From IMG/VR virus record IMGVR_UViG_3300038549_000019, positions 1-55,216 of that record: 55,216 nt of DNA; one strand, 5' to 3'. The DNA is from a virus. Lineage: Duplodnaviria > Caudoviricetes. A model generated the notes under the pieces. It had not been told where the DNA came from and ran no database searches. It saw nothing but the letters and a program-made list of their open reading frames with translations. The position numbers and the translations under genes are program-made. Positions 17,229 to 24,439 of this stretch are shown piece by piece. The stretch's first letter is position 1. Each line of letters opens with the position of its first letter.

Positions 17229-17492
17229 TCAACGCCAGTTAACATGCATGCCTTCGGTTTCTCTGTGGTCCCACCGGTGCCCACACATCTCACACACCTT
17301 TTCAGACAGAGCAATATACCAAAATGCATCACCTTTGGTCACTAGTCGGTGCTGTGGTCGCAATAAAATGTAAGTGTTGAAACTCTCGCAATCTGGACAA
17401 CGCAATGTGTTTAACAAACCGCCTAACCCATCGTTCAACCCGGACGTTACCTCCATGGACTGCTGTTCTCCTTCGTTATTCGTGATTTCCAT
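17229..17492 (-). CDS. Cassette H zinc-ribbon-like protein, starting inside attC8
   Basis: CPDC...CEMCGH; GGAGGGAG RBS and ATG lie in the attC8 loop. Confidence 0.55.
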   Translation of the reverse strand: MEITNNEGEQQSMEVTSGLNDGLGGLLNTLRCPDCESFNTYILLRPQHRLVTKGDAFWYIALSEKVCEMCGHRWDHRETEGMHVNWR

Positions 17493-17545
17493 ACTCCCTC
17501 CAAAGTTTCGGCGTCGGTAACGCCGGTTAAGTCCAGTCGCTAGGC
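17421..17545 (+). repeat. attC site 8 (125 bp, non-canonical R' GCTAGGC)
   Basis: GCCTAAC-N5-GTTCAACC-CGGACGTTACC...GGTAACGCC-GGTTAAG-N7-GCTAGGC. Confidence 0.8.
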
Positions 17546-17836
17546 GCGATTCAAAGCGTTGCGCGCTATTTCGTGGGCATTTACGATATCCTTCGAATAT
17601 TGCACGGCCACCAATTCTTCCCGGTATCGTTCAGACCTGTCCTGCGTATCGTTCAACTGTTCGATAATTTCTAATAGTTGATCTTCTACTTGCCGTCCCC
17701 TTGTCGCCTCTATTCGGCTGAGCAGCCATTCCACTCTCTCGTCTAGCCCGGCGCGCTTCCACTCCGTGTCATCAAATAGGCCGTCATGCAGCATCCACTT
17801 GATTCGGTTGAGTTGGTCCTCTGTGTTGCCGTCCAT
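17540..17836 (-). CDS. Hypothetical protein
   Basis: MDGNTEDQ downstream of promoter; TAG lies in degenerate R' of attC8. Confidence 0.6.
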   Translation of the reverse strand: MDGNTEDQLNRIKWMLHDGLFDDTEWKRAGLDERVEWLLSRIEATRGRQVEDQLLEIIEQLNDTQDRSERYREELVAVQYSKDIVNAHEIARNALNRA

Positions 17837-17854
17837 CTCTCTCACCTCGATACC

Positions 17855-17909
17855 AGTATGGGCCCTGGGTGGCCCGTGCGCAAGGGGGGGGACGTGCAAA
17901 CTTTTTTTG
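17855..17909 (-). promoter_or_regulatory. Sigma70-like promoter pointing into the cassette array
   Basis: A-tract, C-tract, TTGCGC-N17-CATACT. Confidence 0.6.
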
Positions 17910-17912
17910 TTA

Positions 17913-18449
17913 TTAAGTGTTGTTACCACTGCCATAGTTGTCATCCCACCCGCCCGAATATGTTTCTTTATCCTGGGCGCACTCGATGCATTTATTTTTG
18001 ATTTCGCGCTGCAATCTATTATTAAGACCAACTTCGTACGATAGAGCGCTCATGAGCCCCTCGTTTTGTTTTTCTAGCCAGTCAATATGCCCATTGGCTA
18101 TTTCCAGCTCTTTTTTTAATTTGTTTACAATATTTTGCTGCATACAGCCTCCAATCAGTGTTTGCACCTGTAACCATAGCTCCGCCTCTGTCCCGTGCGC
18201 CGCCTCCCAAGTTTTCGGCCCAGCGTGATAGGCGACTCCCCATCCCCCTTGCCGGTGGTGGGCCGGGCACAGCGGGATCGAGTGGAGGTGGCAGGACCGT
18301 TTGCCCGCTCCAATATGCCGCCCTGTCTCAGGGTGGCGTTTGAGGTGGTGCACCTCCGCAGGCGTCCCAGGATACCCATTATTCAGGCAAACTATGCACC
18401 CAAGCGATACAATAGCGTCAAGGTATTCTTTCTCCTCATTTGTAGCCAC
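17913..18449 (-). CDS. Ref/DUF968-like HNH-type nuclease with in-frame C-terminal extension
   Basis: GCIVC..PAEVHH..IPLCPAHHR..HAG..WEAAHGTEAEL. Confidence 0.7.
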   Translation of the reverse strand: MATNEEKEYLDAIVSLGCIVCLNNGYPGTPAEVHHLKRHPETGRHIGAGKRSCHLHSIPLCPAHHRQGGWGVAYHAGPKTWEAAHGTEAELWLQVQTLIGGCMQQNIVNKLKKELEIANGHIDWLEKQNEGLMSALSYEVGLNNRLQREIKNKCIECAQDKETYSGGWDDNYGSGNNT

Positions 18450-18876
18450 TGTCTCGCCTCGCCTTCATTCGTGCCTTTGCGCGTCTGTTTGCTGCGATAC
18501 ATTTTTTGCATCGTCTATATCCAGGCTCTGGATCATGCGCTCCACAAGTGCTACATTTGCCCTCCTGTCGCCTGCGTTCTCGGTATTTTTTTGTTGCCTC
18601 GTCGTGGTACTCCTGGCAGTACCCACATTTTTGCCGCCCTGGCATGGCCTCCGCTTTACCGCATGATATACAAATTCCCAGCGCTGCCAAGGCCTTCCTG
18701 CGCACTAATACACGGGGCGGGGTCCCCTTCCTGTTGTCTCGGCACTTTTGGCACGATCCGAGCCCTCCGTCCGCAGGCGCACCACAATAATAGCAAAGGC
18801 CAGCCGCTCGTCTTTCCCAATAAATTGTCTTTTTTTGCTTCCTGTTTTTCCGTTGCTCCAGGATTTCCGCCCTCAC
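18436..18876 (-). CDS. Basic protein with three CxxC...CxxC repeats
   Basis: GLCYYCG..CQKC, GICISCG..CGYC, GKCSTCG..CKKC. Confidence 0.65.
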   Translation of the reverse strand: MRAEILEQRKNRKQKKTIYWERRAAGLCYYCGAPADGGLGSCQKCRDNRKGTPPRVLVRRKALAALGICISCGKAEAMPGRQKCGYCQEYHDEATKKYRERRRQEGKCSTCGAHDPEPGYRRCKKCIAANRRAKARMKARRDSGYK

Positions 18877-20225
18877 AATTGCCTCCCCTGCCGTGGAGCT
18901 TGTTGACTGGTATATGACGTTTCCCTAGTAACAACCTCATATCGTTGATATTGTCCGTTGAACGCCATGGGAATTTGCCCCAGGGGCCCCGCACGGTGCT
19001 TTGCGATGAGCAGTTCGGCTGTATTATCAACCTCTCCCGTATCGGGCTTGTTTTGCCGGTGCAAAAACAACACACAATCAGCATCCTGCTCGATACAACC
19101 AGACCCACGCAAATCCGCTAATCTAGGTGCCGTGCTGGATCTTCCTTCAACCTCCCGGTTCAGCTGACTCAGGAGTAATACTGGGACGTTTTTGTCTTTG
19201 GCACAGATTTTGAGAGCCCTGGTGATGTCCCCCAACGCTTGATCTTCCCTGCGTTTTGCGTCCGGTTGTGATATGAGTTGGAGATAATCTACTACCACCA
19301 GCGCAGGCAATTCACCGGCCTGCTGGATAGCCCTGTCAACCTGTGATACAATTTGTGATACATTGATAGCAGCCCTGTCATTTATTAATAGCTGTTTCTT
19401 CCGCAGGTCAGCCACTGCCCTGTGTACAAGCCCACGCTGGTAATCCCTAGCCGTGCCGGTGGTTAGCACGCTCATCGGGACAGACGCTGTATTGGCCACT
19501 AGCCTCGTCATGATCTCCTCGTCTGGCATCTCCAGGGAAAAAACCAGTACTGGCCCTGTGGCACATGCAGCCAATGCCCAGTTCAGAGCTAGGGCCGTCT
19601 TGCCTATCCCGGGCCTAGCGGCCAGCACATACAGCCTACCAGGGCACAACCCCCCCAGCACTGCGTCTACCCGAGCCATACCCGTTGGAGCACCCCCCGT
19701 CCAGGCATGGCCGTCTAACCGGCCTAGGACGCGTTCTAAGGCCTCCGAACACTGTTTCAGGTGGTTACCCTGCCCGCCAACCGCCAGACGCGCCAGAGAG
19801 GCCCCTAGGGCCTCTGCAAGGGCATCCGGTGTATCCTGGGCAAATGCGTCCCGTACGAGCTGGGTCCCCAGCCGGATCAAATCCCGGCGTTTGCGGTCCC
19901 GCTGGAGGATCGCTACCAGCGCCCCAGGCCGCGCCACGTCTAGCCCGGATAGGATCTCGGTCAGCCCGGACCAGTCGCCAACACGCCCGAGATCACCGTG
20001 GCTCCGCAGCTGGTCGGCTAGGGCGGCGAGGCTCAGCTCCTGCCCGGCGGCCTGGAGGGCGGCGGCAGCCCGGTAGACCGCCCGGTGCTGCGGCACCAAA
20101 AAATCCTCCGGGACCAGCACGGGCAGCCATTCCGCCGCATCCGCGTCTGCCCCTGGTGCGCACAGGGTGGTCAGCAGGTCGCGTTCCACGCGGGGGTCAT
20201 GGGGGGGGGCCTGATTTGGGGTCAC
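18873..20225 (-). CDS. dnaB: Replicative DNA helicase
   Basis: AARPGIGKT, FSLEM, VVDYLQL, LSQLNR, DLRGSGCIEQDAD, KHRAGP. Confidence 0.95.
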   Translation of the reverse strand: MTPNQAPPHDPRVERDLLTTLCAPGADADAAEWLPVLVPEDFLVPQHRAVYRAAAALQAAGQELSLAALADQLRSHGDLGRVGDWSGLTEILSGLDVARPGALVAILQRDRKRRDLIRLGTQLVRDAFAQDTPDALAEALGASLARLAVGGQGNHLKQCSEALERVLGRLDGHAWTGGAPTGMARVDAVLGGLCPGRLYVLAARPGIGKTALALNWALAACATGPVLVFSLEMPDEEIMTRLVANTASVPMSVLTTGTARDYQRGLVHRAVADLRKKQLLINDRAAINVSQIVSQVDRAIQQAGELPALVVVDYLQLISQPDAKRREDQALGDITRALKICAKDKNVPVLLLSQLNREVEGRSSTAPRLADLRGSGCIEQDADCVLFLHRQNKPDTGEVDNTAELLIAKHRAGPLGQIPMAFNGQYQRYEVVTRETSYTSQQAPRQGRQL

Positions 20226-21121
20226 ACTGTCACCTCCTCGAGTGGTAGCGGTTGTGGGTTATTGGTGCGCCTGTAAATTTCAGCTTTTACAGCCCGGGCC
20301 CACGGTGGTGTTTTGCCATTTTTCCCAGGCCCGAACCAGAACTGGATTGCATTTGGGTAGTCGCCTGGGTCCTGGAGCCAATCCAGCGCGGCAGCCTCCA
20401 GCAGGTCCAGGGTAACCTCCGGGTGGGCATCGAGCAAATCCTCGACTGCGCCAACGGCGTCGACGAGATCGTGGCGGATTGGCCTGCTGTCCCTGGACGT
20501 GGGCCACTGGGCTAGCAGGCGTTGCACTAGCCCCACCACCTCGGGCCGGTAGCCCTGGATACGCTCTGCCTGCCGTTTGCGCTTGGGTTTTGGCTCCGGC
20601 GCGGCAGCCGTTCCCCCCTGGGGGGTAGGGGGGGGTACTTCTGTTACTGATACTGTTACTGATACTGGTTCCGAAAGGGTTTCAGAAGGGTTCGCCAAGG
20701 GTTCCGAAAGGGTTTCATCTTTGGGCACCTCAGCCCCGAAGTGATGACCGCAGACCCTTAGAAAATCTAGCTTCCACTGGCATAGTTCAGGTATCTGCTC
20801 CACGATCTTCCGGGCGCACTTGCACTGATTGGGATTTTCGAGGGGGTTCCACTCCAGATGCTTGCGAACCCACACCCATTTAGAGGTTCCGCAACGGTTT
20901 GCAAAACCCTTCTGGAACAGTTCCGCAAACCCTTCTGAAACCCTTTCTGAACCCCATCCGAGGTCTTCCGCGACATAGGCATCCGGTAGCCTGAACACGC
21001 CTACAAGGGTCCCGTGTTGGCAGCTCAGGAGATAACACGCCAGGATGCGCCCCGTGTCGCTAAGGGTGGATGTGGTCTCACTGGACCAGAACGAGCTGTA
21101 GACCTTTCCGTAGTCGCGCAT
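20222..21121 (-). CDS. Phage replication initiator (lambda O-analogous)
   Basis: MRDYGKV..FW N-terminus; upstream of and coupled to dnaB; internal repeats. Confidence 0.7.
   Translation of the reverse strand: MRDYGKVYSSFWSSETTSTLSDTGRILACYLLSCQHGTLVGVFRLPDAYVAEDLGWGSERVSEGFAELFQKGFANRCGTSKWVWVRKHLEWNPLENPNQCKCARKIVEQIPELCQWKLDFLRVCGHHFGAEVPKDETLSEPLANPSETLSEPVSVTVSVTEVPPPTPQGGTAAAPEPKPKRKRQAERIQGYRPEVVGLVQRLLAQWPTSRDSRPIRHDLVDAVGAVEDLLDAHPEVTLDLLEAAALDWLQDPGDYPNAIQFWFGPGKNGKTPPWARAVKAEIYRRTNNPQPLPLEEVTV
20641..20953. repeat. Iteron-like repeats, candidate replication origin
   Basis: ggttccgaaagggtttca at 20667 and 20700; inverted copy at 20927-20953; ctgttactgata x2. Confidence 0.65.
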
Positions 21122-21174
21122 CTCACGCCCTCCGCTTCCACGCCTCGTCAATCCAGGAGGTTGTAATTGACAGC

Positions 21175-21501
21175 CTATTTCTCATAGTGCCACTCCTCAA
21201 GGGCCCGCTCGATTTGGCGGACCGCCACTCCGGCCTCGATGCTCTCGCGTGTCGCGTACAGGATCCGCCAACCTGCAAGGGTTGCGAGGTTGTGTTTTTC
21301 TATATCGCGGAGAATCCCGGTACCGGTCGAGTGCCCTCCCTTGATCCAGATAGCGCCCTGGACCTCGACTGCCAATTTGGCGTCAGGCCACGCAAGATCC
21401 CACCTAAATCGGCGGTCCCCCACAATCCGCCACTCCCGTTTAGCGGGAGGCAAGCCACGCGCTCTTATGTGCCATACAAGTAGGTCTTCGAGGTGGCTCA
21501 T
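21175..21501 (-). CDS. PD-(D/E)XK endonuclease (DUF559/Vsr-like)
   Basis: RFRWDLAWPDAKLAVEVQG..H..RDIEKHN..GWRIL. Confidence 0.75.
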   Translation of the reverse strand: MSHLEDLLVWHIRARGLPPAKREWRIVGDRRFRWDLAWPDAKLAVEVQGAIWIKGGHSTGTGILRDIEKHNLATLAGWRILYATRESIEAGVAVRQIERALEEWHYEK

Positions 21502-21560
21502 TAGCCCTCCATTGTGCGTATGTCGGTCGGGCCATCACCCGACGTCTGTTTGGGATGGGG

Positions 21561-21731
21561 TTACTCCGGCGTAGACTCTTGCGTTGACGAGCCACTAATG
21601 AGCACGTCCTTGAGAGCCATTATCGCCCGCCTGTTATACTGCCTCGCCTCTGTGACGTCCTCACGCCACGGGAGGGAGGCGTCTGCGTCCTGGATAGCCA
21701 GGAGCGCTTGGATGATTTTTGCGCGTGACAT
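21561..21731 (-). CDS. Small hypothetical protein (56 aa, not in ORF track)
   Basis: Hand translation MSRAKIIQALL; AAGGAG RBS. Confidence 0.45.
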   Translation of the reverse strand: MSRAKIIQALLAIQDADASLPWREDVTEARQYNRRAIMALKDVLISGSSTQESTPE

Positions 21732-21734
21732 GGA

Positions 21735-21962
21735 TCACTCCTTGTGGTTTATGGGCTGTCGTTTGCCCCGTGGTTTGGCGATAACCAGCTCCGGCCACCT
21801 CCACACGCAGCCAAGCGCTTGCGCGATCTCTTGCGCGGTTGCGGGTGTGCAGGCGCGGCCCTTGATTGCGTCGATTACAGTAGGTCGGCTCAGTCCGGTC
21901 TCCCGGATGATACGCTCCTGGGTGCCTCTGGGGGATTGGAGTATCTCGTCTCGCAGTGCCAT
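21735..21962 (-). CDS. Cro-like HTH regulator
   Basis: TQERIIRETGLSRPTVIDAIKG; first gene of the leftward operon. Confidence 0.7.
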   Translation of the reverse strand: MALRDEILQSPRGTQERIIRETGLSRPTVIDAIKGRACTPATAQEIAQALGCVWRWPELVIAKPRGKRQPINHKE

Positions 21963-21964
21963 GC

Positions 21965-22018
21965 CCCTATGGTAGGATTTTGCTACGGTTGCGCAAGGGG
22001 GGGGCCAAGGTTTTTTTG
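21965..22018 (-). promoter_or_regulatory. Leftward early promoter with 25-bp operator-like box
   Basis: A-tract, C-tract, TTGCGC-N16-TACCAT. Confidence 0.7.
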
Positions 22019-22060
22019 TCCCCACCTCGTCATGTACTATATAGATGCGCATCTCTCCAC

Positions 22061-22114
22061 AAAAAAAACTTTTCGTGGCGCTTGACAGGACCGTAGCAGA
22101 ATCCTACCATAGGG
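22061..22114 (+). promoter_or_regulatory. Rightward early promoter with the same 25-bp box
   Basis: A-tract, TTGACA-N17-TACCAT at 22082-22110. Confidence 0.75.
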
Positions 22115-22164
22115 CAGTCAGCAACACCACCCAGCCCGGTCGGGCTGAAGCAAAGGAGATACAC

Positions 22165-22461
22165 ATGCGATACGTTCCGAAAGCCGGAGAGCAGTGCATT
22201 GTTTTCACCACGTCGGGCCCCTTGATCGCCTTTGTGGCAGCTGTTGACCACGCCACAATCATCCCCGAAGTTACATACTCGTACGAGCGCAACAAGCGGG
22301 AGCGGCTTACCGCGTTTGCGACTGGTGGTCGGTTTTTCCCCTTGACCCCACTAGGGTTTGCGGCAGCCAAACAGCGTATCCAGGCCGATTTGGACCTGTT
22401 GACGTCCTACTCCGCCCGGTTGGCCCAGGGACACGAGGCATCTATCAGTGTGGAGGAGTGA
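22165..22461 (+). CDS. Hypothetical early protein
   Basis: MRYVPKAG with AAGGAG RBS. Confidence 0.6.
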   Translation: MRYVPKAGEQCIVFTTSGPLIAFVAAVDHATIIPEVTYSYERNKRERLTAFATGGRFFPLTPLGFAAAKQRIQADLDLLTSYSARLAQGHEASISVEE

Positions 22462-22612
22462 TGGACCGTTTCTGTTGCGACTGTGGAGAGCCCCTTACGC
22501 TGGAGCTAGAGCGGGATCTCGGTATCTGTGTTGATTGTCACCGGGCCTTATTGCAGCCCGCGTTCAAGGCAGTCAAGTACCCATCAATTACGTTTCAATT
22601 GGAGGACAATCA

Positions 22613-22906
22613 ATGAAGCCGTGGTTGTTGTCCGCTGTCCGCTACCGCCTCGAATACGGCACACCATATCAGGACTACCACTCCCCCGATCTATGGGGCC
22701 AAACATCGCGGCTGACGTGTGACAATTGCGGCCCCATTTTTGATTTGCCATTAGTTGATCTTGGGCACCGTTACTATCCGTCCGATCCGACCGAGGGGTG
22801 TGTGAGGTGCCCCAAGTGTGGATTCGCCGACGTGCTGCGTGATCGGGAGGATATGCCGCGTGTTATGACTGGGACGCGGCGGAAATACACACGGGGGCAG
22901 TCATGA
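22613..22906 (+). CDS. Hypothetical zinc-ribbon protein
   Basis: GGAGG RBS; CDNC...CPKC. Confidence 0.55.
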   Translation: MKPWLLSAVRYRLEYGTPYQDYHSPDLWGQTSRLTCDNCGPIFDLPLVDLGHRYYPSDPTEGCVRCPKCGFADVLRDREDMPRVMTGTRRKYTRGQS

Positions 22907-23106
22907 CACCATTGGCGGCGGCAATTCTAGCAGCATCGCATCTCCGTATCGTACGAGATGCCGCGTTGGCTGCCACGTCCACCGGTGCTAGTCTGGATCC
23001 GGATGCGATTTGGAGCCCGTCAGATAGTAGCGCCCTGGCAGCGGTTGAAACGGCTATCAGGTTGGCTCAGGGGGAGCGGATGTTATTCCCGGATGAGGTG
23101 CGATAG
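22903..23106 (+). CDS. Hypothetical protein
   Basis: ATGA overlap with upstream gene. Confidence 0.5.
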   Translation: MTPLAAAILAASHLRIVRDAALAATSTGASLDPDAIWSPSDSSALAAVETAIRLAQGERMLFPDEVR

Positions 23107-23412
23107 ATGAACACTAGCGACAAAATGGATGAGACAATCCTTGAGCTAGCGCTAGTCCGGTACGGCCATGTCAATCAGATGCTGATGGCCGCTGAAGAGG
23201 CATCCGAGCTGACAACATCCATAATGCACTTCTTGCGCGGTCGCACAACCAGAGAGGACGTGGCTAGCGAGATCGCCGATGTCATGATTACAGCATCACA
23301 ACTGAGGATCCTGATTGGTAGGACTGTTGTAGACCGGGCTATCGCTGACAAAATGGCGAGGCTGGAGGCTAGACTGGCTACCAGTTGTGGGGGCGACCAC
23401 GGTGGGGCTTGA
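23107..23412 (+). CDS. MazG-like NTP pyrophosphohydrolase
   Basis: AAEEASEL...EIADV acidic motifs. Confidence 0.7.
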   Translation: MNTSDKMDETILELALVRYGHVNQMLMAAEEASELTTSIMHFLRGRTTREDVASEIADVMITASQLRILIGRTVVDRAIADKMARLEARLATSCGGDHGGA

Positions 23413-23448
23413 CGTATTGTTGACTATATCACACTGAAGCCCGGCCCC

Positions 23449-23499
23449 AAAAAAAAGTTTTTTCTGCCCCTTGCGTTGGGGCCACCACCGGCCTATTGT
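23449..23499 (+). promoter_or_regulatory. Sigma70-like promoter
   Basis: A/T tract, TTGCGT-N17-TATTGT at 23471-23499. Confidence 0.65.
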
Positions 23500-23505
23500 T
23501 GTGGA

Positions 23506-23545
23506 GTCGGGCAAGGAGCCCAGGACACAAGGAGCCGAGATGAGC
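23506..23545 (+). repeat. 40-bp leader/RBS element (partner 16274-16313)
   Basis: Exact inverted match. Confidence 0.9.
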
Positions 23546-23740
23546 ACCATTAGCACTACACCCAGGGTTGGAATTTTCGCCGGTCAGACCGTGTATACGA
23601 ACAGCGAAGGCGAGGGTATTTTCACCCGGCGCGCCGATGGCACTTACCAACAGCATACTGGGACGTGTCAGACCCCTGTGTTCCGGGATAGCGCTCACCT
23701 TGCTTCCTGGCTCCGGCGTCATTACACCAACAACTATTAG
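23540..23740 (+). CDS. Hypothetical protein
   Basis: MSTISTT after AAGGAG. Confidence 0.6.
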   Translation: MSTISTTPRVGIFAGQTVYTNSEGEGIFTRRADGTYQQHTGTCQTPVFRDSAHLASWLRRHYTNNY

Positions 23741-23752
23741 ATAGGAACTGAG

Positions 23753-23947
23753 ATGAGCCAACCTACCAACCCCCGGAGCGCCGCCGATACAACCTGTGTT
23801 TGGGAGGAAGATGATGAAATGTGTGGTGTTTTTGACACTAAATGCGGAACCAGTTTCGAGTTCACCGAAGGCGGGCCTGAAGAGAATGGGATGAAATATT
23901 GCCCTTACTGCGGAAAGACCCTCGTTGCTCATTATTCTATGCCGTAA
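23753..23947 (+). CDS. Small zinc-ribbon protein
   Basis: TKCG...YCPYCGK. Confidence 0.6.
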   Translation: MSQPTNPRSAADTTCVWEEDDEMCGVFDTKCGTSFEFTEGGPEENGMKYCPYCGKTLVAHYSMP

Positions 23948-23964
23948 CAACACAAGGAGCTGAA

Positions 23965-24162
23965 ATGAATATTGCTGAGTTGAAAAAAATATACTGGGCC
24001 GACGCTAACAAATTCGCCCATGAATTCTGGGACGAGTGCGGCATGGAAGTGATCGCACTGTGGGAGGCCTGCGAGAAGCATCGCAATCAGCTCCCTCTTA
24101 GTGTTTTGTCTAGGCTTGACTTCCTGAGCAAAGCGGCAGCGGATTTTGTAGAGCCGGATTAA
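23965..24162 (+). CDS. Hypothetical protein
   Basis: MNIAELKK after AAGGAG. Confidence 0.55.
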   Translation: MNIAELKKIYWADANKFAHEFWDECGMEVIALWEACEKHRNQLPLSVLSRLDFLSKAAADFVEPD

Positions 24163-24176
24163 CAGTGCGAGGGCAT

Positions 24177-24437
24177 ATGCCAAAACCGTGCTGGTATCAC
24201 ATAACCGACGTTGGCGCGCTCCGCTCTCTACTGGACCAGAGGGATTACTGGTGGCGGGAGGCATCTGACGCCTGTAATAGGGTCGCAGCAGACCGAGACC
24301 GCTACCAAGCGGCGCTTGCATCAAGGGAGGGTCTCATCCTAGCGATGCACCGAGGAGCAATGTTGTCGGCTGAACAGCTCGAATTGCAGGAACGTATTAT
24401 TGGCGAATTGCAGCATCCATCCAAGACACAGGAGTAA
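24177..24437 (+). CDS. Hypothetical coiled-coil protein
   Basis: ORF in rightward operon. Confidence 0.5.
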   Translation: MPKPCWYHITDVGALRSLLDQRDYWWREASDACNRVAADRDRYQAALASREGLILAMHRGAMLSAEQLELQERIIGELQHPSKTQE

Positions 24438-24439
24438 CT

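Larger units (their letters stand above)
13947..17545 (+). mobile_element. Integron gene-cassette array lacking integrase (CALIN-like): 8 attC sites, 8 cassettes
   Basis: Eight RYYYAAC...GTTRRRY palindromes with L boxes and extrahelical bases, separating 1-2 gene units. Confidence 0.9.
1..19906. repeat. Copy 1 of long direct genome repeat (partner 35305-55216)
   Basis: Same ORFs recur at +35304/+35310; window end gctgga matches 19901-19906. Confidence 0.97.

Noticed and set aside
13947-17545. CRISPR array or REP/terminator series as explanation for the repeats
   Set aside because: Repeats vary from 59 to 125 bp, are separated by whole genes, have attC boxes with extrahelical bases and lack U-tracts; no cas genes
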